DNA of 64,000 bases from NCBI GenBank assembly GCA_964508225.1, contig CAZDRX010000001.1, positions 7,680-71,679 of the forward strand. Direction: 5' to 3'. The notes below the pieces were generated by a model. It was not told the DNA's origin and ran no database searches. It saw only the letters and a program-made list of their open reading frames with translations. Source of the stretch: an uncultured Candidatus Peribacteria bacterium. GTDB taxonomy: Bacteria > Patescibacteriota > Gracilibacteria > Peribacterales > Peribacteraceae. Shown piece after piece: positions 35,019 to 44,061 of the stretch (positions are counted from its first letter, which is position 1; each line of letters opens with the position of its first letter). A program made the translations under genes and the position numbers.

Positions 35019-35432
35019 TCAATTGCACGAGTCCTCTAGCTCTCCCTGCAAGGATGAAACCATAGTATCAATGTATTTTTGACACTCTTGGTCACCATTG
35101 CAGCGTATTCTAAATAGCTGAAAGCTCTTCTTCCTCTTTTCCCAATGAACAGAAGCTTTAGAGCAAAGTTCAGGAACAAATTCATAAAAATAGTTTGTTG
35201 TTTCTTCTACCGCCAAGTTGACTTCTAGAGTCAAAATATCTTGTTTTAGCAATTCAATATTTTCAGCTAGATCTTCGACTTCATTATTACTTTCAAGATT
35301 CAGGACTCGACTTTCCAAAGCGGCAAGCTTTTCCTCTGACTTTGCCAAATTAGCCGAAGCTTCACTACTGCTACAGGCACTAAATAGGACTAAACAGGTT
35401 ATTAATGACGCCTTCAGAAAGATATTTTTCAT
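35019..35432 (-). CDS. coiled-coil lipoprotein
   Basis: 'LITCLVLFSAC' lipobox, helical middle, Cys-containing C-terminus. Confidence 0.55.
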   Translation of the reverse strand: MKNIFLKASLITCLVLFSACSSSEASANLAKSEEKLAALESRVLNLESNNEVEDLAENIELLKQDILTLEVNLAVEETTNYFYEFVPELCSKASVHWEKRKKSFQLFRIRCNGDQECQKYIDTMVSSLQGELEDSCN

Positions 35433-35539
35433 ATATTTACAGAATACTCCATTGCCCCCTTGGTGGGTATAACCCTAATCGCAGTTCGAACTCATTCTGT
35501 GATAAGCTCCCATAAGGAGCTCCACTCATCACACCTGCA

Positions 35540-36967
35540 TCACATCGCATGACTCTGCGAAGCGGCTCCGGAAGGAACCGTCATCTTCTTCTGTTTGATG
35601 ATGAGGAAACCGAGGAGAGTGGCGACCGCGATGAAGGCAACGGCGACGAGGAACGCCATGTTGTACCCGTACACGATGGATTCCATCTGACCCATCGCGG
35701 CATTGCGGGATGTGATGAACGCGGCAGTGCTGGAGAGAATCGCAAGACCGAGTGCTCCTCCCATCTGTTGCGACGTGTTGATGAGACCGGAGGCGAGACC
35801 TGCCTCGTCTTCGCCCACGCCCGAGGTGGCGGCCACCATGAGCGGCATGAAGGTCATCGCCATGCCGATCGGCATGATGAGCACATTCGGGAGAACGTCG
35901 ATCCAGTAATTGCCGTCTACGGGGAGACGGATGAGCCATGCCACTCCGAGAGCCACGAGGAACGGTCCGGCCACGAGGAACGGCTTGAACCCGAAGCGCG
36001 TCACACCTCTGGCCATGCGCTGGGAGAGTGTGCCGAGGATGATCGGGAACGGCAGGAAGCTGAGCCCCGTCATGACGGGCGAGTAGTGGAGCACGCTCTG
36101 GATGTAGAGCGAGATGAGGAAGAACATGCCGAATGCACCCGCCGTGATGGGCGCCGCCATGAGGTTGGCACCCGTGACATTGCGCGAGCGGAAGATGGAG
36201 AGCGGAACGAGCGGATGCCTGCTCACGGCTTCATTCCAGACGAATGCTGCAAGGAGGAGGATCGCAAGTGCGCCAAGGCCGAGAGTAAGCGGGCTCGTCC
36301 AGCCCCACTTGGGGGCTTCGCTGACGGCGTAGACGAACAGGATGAGACCGCTCGTGACGAGGGCAGCTCCGGGCAAGTCGAGGTCGTGGTGCTCGTTCTC
36401 CTGCTTCTCGTGCGGAAGCAGACGTGCGATGGCAATGGTGATGAGGATGCCGATCGGCACGTTCACGAAGAAGTTCCATCGCCAGCTGAGAAACTGCGTG
36501 AGGATGCCTCCGAGGAGAAGCCCGACGGCGGCGCCTCCGGTGGAGACCGTCGTCCAGTGACCGAGAGCGCGATTACGCTCCTTGCCTTCCGCGAACGTGA
36601 TGAGGACGACGGAGAGGGCAGCAGGCGACATCAGTGCAGCGGCGATCCCCTGCGCCGCACGGAGCACGATGAGCATCGTGGGTGAGACAGCGAGGCCGAT
36701 GAGGAGCGAGAGCACGGTAAACGCGGAGAGCCCCACGAGGAGAACCCTGCGGTGTCCGAAGATATCCGCAGCACGGCCTCCGAGGAGGAGGAATCCGCCG
36801 AATGTGAGCGCGTACGCCGTCACGACCCACTGGAGCGCATGCACATCGAAGTGCAGCGAAGTACCGATCGCCGGGAGCGCGACGTTCGTGATGCACACGT
36901 CGAGCACCACCATGAACTGCGCGACAGCGACGAGGCAAAAGAGTGACCAGGGGGATTGGACTTTCAC
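35540..36967 (-). CDS. MFS transporter, DHA2 (EmrB/QacA-like, 14 TM)
   Basis: 'FMVVLDVCITNVALPAI', 'GGRAADIFGHRRVLLVGL' (motif A). About 14 hydrophobic segments. Confidence 0.88.
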   Translation of the reverse strand: MKVQSPWSLFCLVAVAQFMVVLDVCITNVALPAIGTSLHFDVHALQWVVTAYALTFGGFLLLGGRAADIFGHRRVLLVGLSAFTVLSLLIGLAVSPTMLIVLRAAQGIAAALMSPAALSVVLITFAEGKERNRALGHWTTVSTGGAAVGLLLGGILTQFLSWRWNFFVNVPIGILITIAIARLLPHEKQENEHHDLDLPGAALVTSGLILFVYAVSEAPKWGWTSPLTLGLGALAILLLAAFVWNEAVSRHPLVPLSIFRSRNVTGANLMAAPITAGAFGMFFLISLYIQSVLHYSPVMTGLSFLPFPIILGTLSQRMARGVTRFGFKPFLVAGPFLVALGVAWLIRLPVDGNYWIDVLPNVLIMPIGMAMTFMPLMVAATSGVGEDEAGLASGLINTSQQMGGALGLAILSSTAAFITSRNAAMGQMESIVYGYNMAFLVAVAFIAVATLLGFLIIKQKKMTVPSGAASQSHAM

Positions 36968-37059
36968 ATACGGCGGGGTAATGGTTGAGATCTAAACAAT
37001 GGTAGGCACCGGGAAATACAAAGTCAACGGTCAGGACAGAGGGAGGAACGGGGAAAGCT

Positions 37060-37542
37060 TCAGCGGAGACAGGCGGCAAACTTGTCGAGGGACGTGCCCC
37101 ATCCAAGCTCGGCCATCTTCATCATCTCGATCGGATGACCGATGTGCGTGAGTGTGAGTTTCGTCTTTCCCCCGAGATCCTCGAATTCCGCGGTGACGAT
37201 CATTTCATCCGGCCACTCACCGGGCATGCCGACGTCCTTCGGAGAGATATAGTTACCCTCGGCATCGGCAAAATGGTCACTCGTGACGATCTTCTTCATC
37301 GGAACGATTTCTTGAAACACGCCCGCACTCCAGAAATCCTGCTCGGGCATCCCGGGGCCGGGTTGGCCACGCATGCAGTAGAGATATTTTCCTCCTACAC
37401 GGAAATCGATCTTGATCACGGGCGAGGTGAATGTCTCGGGACCCCACCACTTCTTCAGGTGATCCGGATCGGTCCATGCATGCCAGACCTTGGCGAGGGG
37501 GGCATCGAAGACGCGGGTGATGATGAGCGGAGGAACAGACAT
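37060..37542 (-). CDS. SRPBCC/AHSA1 (Aha1-like) domain protein
   Basis: 'ITRVFDAPLAKVWHAWTDPDHLKKWWGP' is typical of the AHSA1 family. Confidence 0.85.
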   Translation of the reverse strand: MSVPPLIITRVFDAPLAKVWHAWTDPDHLKKWWGPETFTSPVIKIDFRVGGKYLYCMRGQPGPGMPEQDFWSAGVFQEIVPMKKIVTSDHFADAEGNYISPKDVGMPGEWPDEMIVTAEFEDLGGKTKLTLTHIGHPIEMMKMAELGWGTSLDKFAACLR

Positions 37543-37544
37543 GT

Positions 37545-37880
37545 TCAGCGGGAGAAAAGAGATAGATAGCGTTCAAGGCGGTCAAATCGTGCACTCCAGA
37601 GCTTCTCGTAATGTTTCAAGTAGACGGCGGCATCTTTGAACGCCGCGGGAGAAAGATGGACTCGAAGCTCCTTTCCGTAGCGCTCCTTGATGATGAGCTC
37701 GGCCTTCTCGAGGATCTTCAGGTGCTTGGAGACCGCGGCAAGCGAGACCGGATACGGCTGCGCGATCTCCCCCACCGACAGCTCCTTCTTCGAAGCGGAT
37801 ACACGCTGGAGAATATCTCTGCGGATGGGATCCGCGAGAGATGCGAAGATAACATTGAGGCGACGTGCTTGTTTAACCAT
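37545..37880 (-). CDS. ArsR/SmtB family transcriptional regulator
   Basis: 'FASLADPIRRDILQRV...SVGEIAQPYPVSLAAVSKHLKILEKAELI'. TTGACC-17-TATCAT lies 7 nt upstream of the ATG. Confidence 0.9.
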   Translation of the reverse strand: MVKQARRLNVIFASLADPIRRDILQRVSASKKELSVGEIAQPYPVSLAAVSKHLKILEKAELIIKERYGKELRVHLSPAAFKDAAVYLKHYEKLWSARFDRLERYLSLFSR

Positions 37881-37942
37881 TTGGTTGAATGATAATCCGT
37901 CAGTGAAGATCGGTCAAGTCTGACCCATCCCGCCACACCCTC

Positions 37943-39532
37943 CTACTTCACCTTGTAGATGTTGAGGAGCCGCGCACCCATACGGTCAATTCTGAAGACC
38001 GGCTCTGTCAGCTTTGCAAACTCCCCCGCCTCGCTGTAGCGGGTGAAGAACATGACGTAATTCGTATCCTTGCTGCAGTCGAACGTGAAGTCTTCACGCC
38101 ACGGATACCACTCGACGAGGATACCCGCCGTCGGAACGCAGATGACGGGATTTGCCTCCGCGTGCTGGATGAGCCACTGCATGCCCTGTCGGTACGTCGC
38201 TCCCCAGTACTCCACCTGAAACACGTGATCCATGCCGGAAGGATAGAGTGACCGGACGGCTTCGCTGCGGTACGAGCCTTCGTACGGATGAACGAGTGCA
38301 ACTTCGTACGCCAGATCCGCCACAAGGATCACCAGAGCGAGCGCGAGAGAGAGCGCACCGCGCAGACGGGGCTTCAGAAAGTCGGAGGCCGCACCGATGC
38401 CGTATGCAGCAATGACCGAGGCCGCAGGAATGAGGAAGAAGAACTGGCGGATACCGTCGTACCGCACGAGTCCGGGTTTCATGCTGAAAAGCAGCGGAAA
38501 GAAGACCCAGAGCAGGAGCAGGATGTACTCCGGTTTTTGTCCGTACGACCGGAACTGCCGGATCAGCAGCACGGTGCCGGCGAGGAATCCTGCGAACACA
38601 AGAAGTGGTGTGGCCGCGAAGAATTCGAAGGGAGTGTAGTACCACGGCAGATCCGCACCCGCGTACTCCGTACCGAAGAACAGAACTTTTCCGGGCCAGA
38701 AATCCGTGCCGAGGAAGAAGCGCACGGAACGCAGAATGAGCAACGGATCACCCCACGCATCCGGCCAGAAGAGGAATGCGCCTGTACAGAAGCAGCCGAG
38801 AGCGCAGAGAAGAGTGACCAACTGGATCTTCACGGAACGAAGGTGCATCGCACGGGAATCCGAAACCACCCAGACGACGTACGTGGCCGCGAAGACGGGT
38901 GCCATGAGGAGTGCGCTGACCTTGGCGGCGACAGACGCTCCCATGAGAAAGGCGGAGAGAAGGAAAAGGAAAACCGATCCCCTCTTCATCGCGACAATGA
39001 ACACCGTTGCCGTGATGAGCACGGCGGTCATGAGCGGAATATCCTTTGGGTTGTACTGCGCATGCGCAAGGAGCTGTGGGAAAAAAATGAATGCGAGTGC
39101 CGCGATGACACCGGTACGGATCCCTCCCATCATCCGGCCGATGATGAACGTGAAACCGGTCGCCACGGAAGCGGTGAGGAGATTCAAAATGTGATTGGCC
39201 TCCACAAAACGGAAGAATCCTGACTGATACAGCTGCTCCGAGAGAAGGTAGTTCAGGGTGTAGTAGAGCGAACCGTAGTGGATGCCGTGACCGGGCATCA
39301 GCTCCAGCGCCTGCCGGTTCCCCGTCTTCCAGAAGTAGACGAAGAGCTTGCCCCAGTTGCGGTGAAGCGGCTCATCCCATGTGACGCCGTACTGCGAGAG
39401 CTGAGAGAATCCGTACACGAAATACAGGACACCGATCATGAGCGGAACGAGCCAGAACGAGGATCTCCTGCACCAACGGAGGAATCCCGATTGGTCACGG
39501 GCAGCCGCCGATGTAAGATTCATCCCTTTCAT
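37943..39532 (-). CDS. GT39/ArnT-PMT-like membrane glycosyltransferase
   Basis: More than 10 TM segments. First loop has 'YGVTWDEPLHRNWG' (DE motif). Soluble C-terminal domain. Confidence 0.7.
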   Translation of the reverse strand: MKGMNLTSAAARDQSGFLRWCRRSSFWLVPLMIGVLYFVYGFSQLSQYGVTWDEPLHRNWGKLFVYFWKTGNRQALELMPGHGIHYGSLYYTLNYLLSEQLYQSGFFRFVEANHILNLLTASVATGFTFIIGRMMGGIRTGVIAALAFIFFPQLLAHAQYNPKDIPLMTAVLITATVFIVAMKRGSVFLFLLSAFLMGASVAAKVSALLMAPVFAATYVVWVVSDSRAMHLRSVKIQLVTLLCALGCFCTGAFLFWPDAWGDPLLILRSVRFFLGTDFWPGKVLFFGTEYAGADLPWYYTPFEFFAATPLLVFAGFLAGTVLLIRQFRSYGQKPEYILLLLWVFFPLLFSMKPGLVRYDGIRQFFFLIPAASVIAAYGIGAASDFLKPRLRGALSLALALVILVADLAYEVALVHPYEGSYRSEAVRSLYPSGMDHVFQVEYWGATYRQGMQWLIQHAEANPVICVPTAGILVEWYPWREDFTFDCSKDTNYVMFFTRYSEAGEFAKLTEPVFRIDRMGARLLNIYKVK

Positions 39533-39541
39533 GCGTCAAAG

Positions 39542-40273
39542 ATGCTGATGAACTCTATACGTATACTCCCGGGATTCCTACTCGCGCTCTGCCTGACCGC
39601 GGGAGCAGCGCAGGCAGCGAACTTCGTCGTGCCGCCGTGCTCGGCGGAGAGTCTCACGAAGACGCTCACGCAGAAGATCCAGGAAGGTGACAGCAGGAAT
39701 CTCTCCGGCAAACTCTGGTGGACGCGCTGTCCTCAGGAGATCCGCAAGGCGGTCTGGGAGTCTTTTCTCCTCAAGCCCGCGGATGACGGACGTGCGGCAT
39801 GGCAGATCCCGACATCATCGCCGCTCCCCGTCCTGAAACAGGCGCCGGAGATCGCGGACACCGGTCAATGGTTCAACGCAGAGCCGCTCACCATGTCGAA
39901 GCTGCGCGGCAAGGTCGTCCTCGTCCACTTCTGGACGCTCGGCTGCATCAATTGCATCCGCACGCTCCCGAAGATCGAGGGCTACGCGCAGAAGTATGCG
40001 GACAAACCGTTCACGGTGATCGGCGTGCACTCGCCGGAGTACGCGTACGAGAAATCGATCCAGAATCTGCAGGCTGCCATCCGGAAGCACGGACTCACCT
40101 ACCCTGTGGTGACGGACAACGCCTTCACGACATGGAATGCCTACGGCAATCAGTACTGGCCTGCGATCTATCTCATCGATGCGCAGGGACGCATCCGGTA
40201 CACCCACTTCGGCGAAGGAGCCTACAAAGAAACCGACGATGCCATCGCCTCACTCCTCACGGAGACACACTGA
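39542..40273 (+). CDS. secreted thioredoxin-fold redoxin (TlpA/DipZ-C-like) with N-terminal 2-Cys module
   Basis: Signal peptide. 'LRGKVVLVHFWTLGCINCIRTLP' (CxxC) and 'YWPAIYLIDAQGRIR'. Confidence 0.85.
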   Translation: MLMNSIRILPGFLLALCLTAGAAQAANFVVPPCSAESLTKTLTQKIQEGDSRNLSGKLWWTRCPQEIRKAVWESFLLKPADDGRAAWQIPTSSPLPVLKQAPEIADTGQWFNAEPLTMSKLRGKVVLVHFWTLGCINCIRTLPKIEGYAQKYADKPFTVIGVHSPEYAYEKSIQNLQAAIRKHGLTYPVVTDNAFTTWNAYGNQYWPAIYLIDAQGRIRYTHFGEGAYKETDDAIASLLTETH

Positions 40274-40684
40274 TCACTGATGCGGATTCCGGAGTCCCTG
40301 ACGGACAACGGGGGCTGCACGATGCTTCAGGAGTGACTCGCAAAGTTCGCGATACTCGGTATCGACATCCTGCGGGCAACCGCCGGATCTGAGCTGCCTG
40401 CGGAGCGTCTCGCGGTGCTCGCCCGTGAGATCGTCCACCGTGAGCGGTTTCACCGTTGTGTCCTCGGCAGCCGGATGCTCGGCCTCAGCGGTCGAGTCGT
40501 CGTCGTGACGATAGAGATCGCGGATGTGCGTACGGAACATCCGCTGATTGAAGAGGTCATGATTGATGCTCTTGGGATTGTAGGACTGCGCCATCGTCAT
40601 GGCGATTCCGAGAAAGACCGTGGGGACGGCAATCGAAATGAGGGCGAGAGCCCGGCGCTCGAACGCTGCGAATGTGTGTTTCAT
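40274..40684 (-). CDS. membrane-anchored hypothetical protein
   Basis: N-terminal TM 'ALALISIAVPTVFLGIAMTMA'. No domain recognised. Confidence 0.5.
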   Translation of the reverse strand: MKHTFAAFERRALALISIAVPTVFLGIAMTMAQSYNPKSINHDLFNQRMFRTHIRDLYRHDDDSTAEAEHPAAEDTTVKPLTVDDLTGEHRETLRRQLRSGGCPQDVDTEYRELCESLLKHRAAPVVRQGLRNPHQ

Positions 40685-40741
40685 GTGGGTGTGTGGAATG
40701 ACAAGTTTATTTTACATCATTTCAGGCGCTTTGTCGAGGAT

Positions 40742-41704
40742 TCAGCGGAGCCCCACAGCCTTCCGGACACGCTCCATCGTGGCCTGAGCGACGTTTTTCG
40801 CCTTCCTGGCACCGCTCTCGATGATCTCACGGACGAGATCCGGTTTCTTCTCCAGCTCCTCGCGCTTCTTCCTCATGGTTCCGAAGGTATCCATGTATGC
40901 GGAGAAAAGAAGCTTCTTCGCGTCTCCGTACCCGAGGCCTCCCGCGCGATACTTCTCGGCCAGTGTCTCCGCTTCATCCTTCGACAGGAACAGTTTATGA
41001 ATCTGGTACACCGTGCAGGTGTCGGGATCTTTCGGCTCCTCCACACCCTTGGAATCCGTCACGATTCCCATGATCGCCTTCTGGATCGTCTTCTCGGTAC
41101 CGAAGAGCGGGATCGTATTGCCGTAACTCTTGCTCATCTTCTGGCCGTCCGTGCCGGGCACGACTGCGCTGTCCTCACGGATCATCGCTTCCGGCAGCAC
41201 AAACGTCTCGCCGTAGGCGTTGTTGAATTTGATCGTGATATCGCGGGCGATTTCGAGATGCTGCTTCTGATCCTTGCCCACCGGAACCGTGTCGGCGTTG
41301 TAGAGGAGGATGTCGGCGGTCTGCAGCACGGGATACGCGAAGAGTCCGACTGAAGGGGTGATCCCCTTCTCCACTTTCTCCTTGAAGGAGACGGCGCGCT
41401 CCAGAAGCCCCATGGGAGACACGGTCGCAAGAATCCACATGAGTTCCGCGTGCTCGGCAACATGTGACTGGAAGAAGAGCGTTCCCTTCTCCGCATCGAA
41501 TCCGCACGCGAGGAGGTCGAGCGCCACCTGTGCTCCGTTCTCCCTCATCGCCTTCGGATCCTGCACGGTCGTAAGTGCGTGGAGATCGGCGATCATGAGC
41601 GTCACATCCGCGGTCTTCTGCAGACTGACGTTCGGCTGGATGTATCCGAAGTAGTTTCCGAGATGCGGGATACCCGATGGCTGGATTCCGGAAAGGATGC
41701 GCAT
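40742..41704 (-). CDS. trpS: tryptophan--tRNA ligase
   Basis: 'GIQPSGIPHLGNYFG' (HIGH-type) and 'KMSKS'. ATG at 41704 lies 7 nt after TATACT. Confidence 0.92.
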   Translation of the reverse strand: MRILSGIQPSGIPHLGNYFGYIQPNVSLQKTADVTLMIADLHALTTVQDPKAMRENGAQVALDLLACGFDAEKGTLFFQSHVAEHAELMWILATVSPMGLLERAVSFKEKVEKGITPSVGLFAYPVLQTADILLYNADTVPVGKDQKQHLEIARDITIKFNNAYGETFVLPEAMIREDSAVVPGTDGQKMSKSYGNTIPLFGTEKTIQKAIMGIVTDSKGVEEPKDPDTCTVYQIHKLFLSKDEAETLAEKYRAGGLGYGDAKKLLFSAYMDTFGTMRKKREELEKKPDLVREIIESGARKAKNVAQATMERVRKAVGLR

Positions 41705-41723
41705 GACGAAAAGTATACCGCGG

Positions 41724-42383
41724 CTATCTCGATTCCCGAAGTTTGCCGAGAACGGCGGTGAAGGAGTGCGGTGGTTCGGAAACGACGATGACGGGCTTGC
41801 CCGTGACCGGATGCGGGAACTCCACCTTGGAAGCATGGAGGAAGAACCGCTGCATCTTGAGGAATTTGCCGAACGCACGGTTCACCTTCTGATCACCGTA
41901 GAGCTCGTCGAGGATGAGCGGGTGGCCGATCATACTGAGATGGCGACGGATCTGGTGCTTCTGGCCGCGCTCGAAGTGCACTTCGAGGAGAGAGACCCCG
42001 CGGAATGTCTCGAGGATTTTGTAATGCGTGAGACACTCGACATTGCCGGTACCGCTACGCGCCGGAAGCGGAATTCTGATCTCGCTGGCTTTCTGGCGCG
42101 GTATACCCGCCACGATCGCGATGTACGTCTTCTTCCATCCTGCGAATTTGGATTCGACGACCGTCTTGAGCGTGTTCTTCGTCTTCGCGAAGACGACGGC
42201 GCCGGACGTCTCGTAGTCGAGGCGGTGGATGGGCGTGAGCCCCGGATACTGCTTGCGGAGGAAATCCAGAAGCGGGAGACGCTGGATCTTTCCTTTTCCC
42301 TTCACCACGAGCTCACCGCCCAGCTTCGTGACGGCAAGGAGCCACTGGTCTTCGTAGAGAATGCGCTTGGGGTCGACGGGCAT
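41724..42383 (-). CDS. RluA-family pseudouridine synthase (no S4 domain)
   Basis: 'HRLDYETSGAVVFAK' catalytic motif and 'HQIRRHL'. Confidence 0.88.
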   Translation of the reverse strand: MPVDPKRILYEDQWLLAVTKLGGELVVKGKGKIQRLPLLDFLRKQYPGLTPIHRLDYETSGAVVFAKTKNTLKTVVESKFAGWKKTYIAIVAGIPRQKASEIRIPLPARSGTGNVECLTHYKILETFRGVSLLEVHFERGQKHQIRRHLSMIGHPLILDELYGDQKVNRAFGKFLKMQRFFLHASKVEFPHPVTGKPVIVVSEPPHSFTAVLGKLRESR

Positions 42384-42431
42384 GCGCTGATTCTATCTGA
42401 AAGAAGAGCTGAAAGATGTAGGATGCGCGCC

Positions 42432-43268
42432 ATGCGACGCCTGATCATCAACGCCGACGATCTGGGGATCAATTCCCAGCGCAGCCACGGAATCTTCATG
42501 GCTGCCGAGGAGGGTGTGGTGTCGAGCGTCAGCCTTCTCGCCAACTGCTCGGACAGCGAGAATGCCGCGAGGCGGGCGTCACAGCGCGACGTCCCCACCG
42601 GCCTGCACCTGAACTTCACCGAAGGCGCACCACTCTCCAAAGACGGACACATCCAGAGCCTGCTCACGACCGACGGCTACTTCCTCGGACGCGATGATCT
42701 GCGCAGGAGGCTCGGCGAAGGCGAGATCGAACCCGAGCATGTGGAGCGCGAAGCGAGAGCGCAGGTCGAGTGGTTCCTCGAGCACCGCGGACAACCCACG
42801 CACATCGACGGTCATCACCACATCCACGTCCACCCGTTCATCGTGAGAGTCCTCGCGCCGATCCTGGACAGGTACGGCATCTCGTACGTGCGCATCCCGA
42901 GCGAGCCTCCCGTTCCCTTCGGTTACGAAGTGGAGCCCGAGCGCTCGAAGTTCATCGAGAAGATCTCGGCGGAGGCGGAGGACGCGCGCAAGCTCCTCGC
43001 CGCGCACAACGTGCGGGGCAGCGATCACTTCCGCGGACTCGCGTACACAAACCACGCCTCCATGCGCAACATGCGGCACACGCTCGGCCGTCTGCCCGAC
43101 GGCGTGACGGAGTGGATGGTGCATCCCGGCAGCCCGAACCCGAACGCGGAGCCCTTCGATGCGAACCCGCAGCGTCAGACGGAGCTGAACATTCTCCTCT
43201 CGGACGACACGCGCGCGGAGATCGCGGAACGGGAGTTCACGGTGTGCTCCTATGCGGATCTCTTCTGA
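42432..43268 (+). CDS. ChbG/YdjC-family carbohydrate deacetylase
   Basis: 'MRRLIINADDLGIN' and 'HIDGHHHIH'. ATG at 42432 lies 7 nt after TAGGAT; ATG at 42423 is also possible. Confidence 0.85.
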   Translation: MRRLIINADDLGINSQRSHGIFMAAEEGVVSSVSLLANCSDSENAARRASQRDVPTGLHLNFTEGAPLSKDGHIQSLLTTDGYFLGRDDLRRRLGEGEIEPEHVEREARAQVEWFLEHRGQPTHIDGHHHIHVHPFIVRVLAPILDRYGISYVRIPSEPPVPFGYEVEPERSKFIEKISAEAEDARKLLAAHNVRGSDHFRGLAYTNHASMRNMRHTLGRLPDGVTEWMVHPGSPNPNAEPFDANPQRQTELNILLSDDTRAEIAEREFTVCSYADLF

Positions 43269-43280
43269 CGGTTGTTGTTA

Positions 43281-44006
43281 CTATGAAGAACGCTTCCGCA
43301 GGACGAGAATACCGTTCCAGAATGTGGGGTGACCGTTGCACGACGTGTGCTGTTCGAAGACCGTCTCGTACTCCGGAAACTCCTGCAGGAATCGGCTGGT
43401 CCCCTGCTTCGGCCACTCCCAGTTCCAATCGTCGACGATGAGAATGCCCCCGGGAATGATGTGCGGGTGCGCAGCCTTGAGCGCGGCATACTGACTCTCA
43501 GGATCGTGTGACGCGTCGTAGAAGAGCACGCCGATGGGAATGCGATGGGTCTCCATGTACGCATGCCAGTCGCTGTCGTGGAATTCATGATGATCGGTAC
43601 GGAGTCTGCCGAACCTGCGCAGGAACGCCGCGCGCGGGCCGCCGAATTCGGTGAAGGAATCCACTCCGATGCAGCGCTTCTCCGGATTCCCCGCCATCCC
43701 TGCGAAGAGTGAATATCCGTTCCAGACACCGATGTTCAGATAGCAGGACGTGCCGGGCATTCTGCGGACACACTCGTTCAGAATGGCGCCGATGGCGGCC
43801 GTGGACATCCTCGGCATCGCGCCAATGCGCCGGAGCGCGGAGACGGAACGGCGTTCCATCTCCGGAGGCAGCTTCGTAAGATGATCAAGGAGCGACTGCA
43901 GCACGCCGATCCGGCATTCGAGAATCCACCGGAGCACCGCCGGAATCTTCGTCACCGGTGTCACGAAGCGGAAACGGATGGCGTGGCAGAAGTCCCGGAG
44001 ATCCAT
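43281..44006 (-). CDS. class I SAM-dependent methyltransferase (Methyltransf_24-like)
   Basis: 'YLNIGVWNGYS' and 'VLFYDASHD'. ATG at 44006 (the ORF-track start at 44012 is TTG). Confidence 0.65.
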   Translation of the reverse strand: MDLRDFCHAIRFRFVTPVTKIPAVLRWILECRIGVLQSLLDHLTKLPPEMERRSVSALRRIGAMPRMSTAAIGAILNECVRRMPGTSCYLNIGVWNGYSLFAGMAGNPEKRCIGVDSFTEFGGPRAAFLRRFGRLRTDHHEFHDSDWHAYMETHRIPIGVLFYDASHDPESQYAALKAAHPHIIPGGILIVDDWNWEWPKQGTSRFLQEFPEYETVFEQHTSCNGHPTFWNGILVLRKRSS

Positions 44007-44061
44007 GCACAAACACCGTAGCGGGCATGCGCGGAGCCGTAAACATTGCTACGATCCCGCC

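Larger units (their letters stand above)
32179..35500. mobile_element. AT-rich genomic islet abutting tRNA-Gly(UCC)
   Basis: Base composition drops abruptly immediately after the tRNA, to roughly one-third G+C by eye in 32.5-35.4 kb versus about 60% in the flanks. All genes are orphan or accessory. High GC resumes at the MFS gene (35540). Confidence 0.65.

Noticed and set aside
35479-35515. Possible attR: GCAGTTCGAACTCATTCTGTGATAAGCTCC compared with the tRNA-Gly 3' end GCGGGTTCGATTCCCGCCACCCGCTCCA.
   Set aside because: Only scattered identities (GTTCGA, GCTCC), with no clean direct repeat. It is mentioned in the island finding as a hypothesis and is not annotated.
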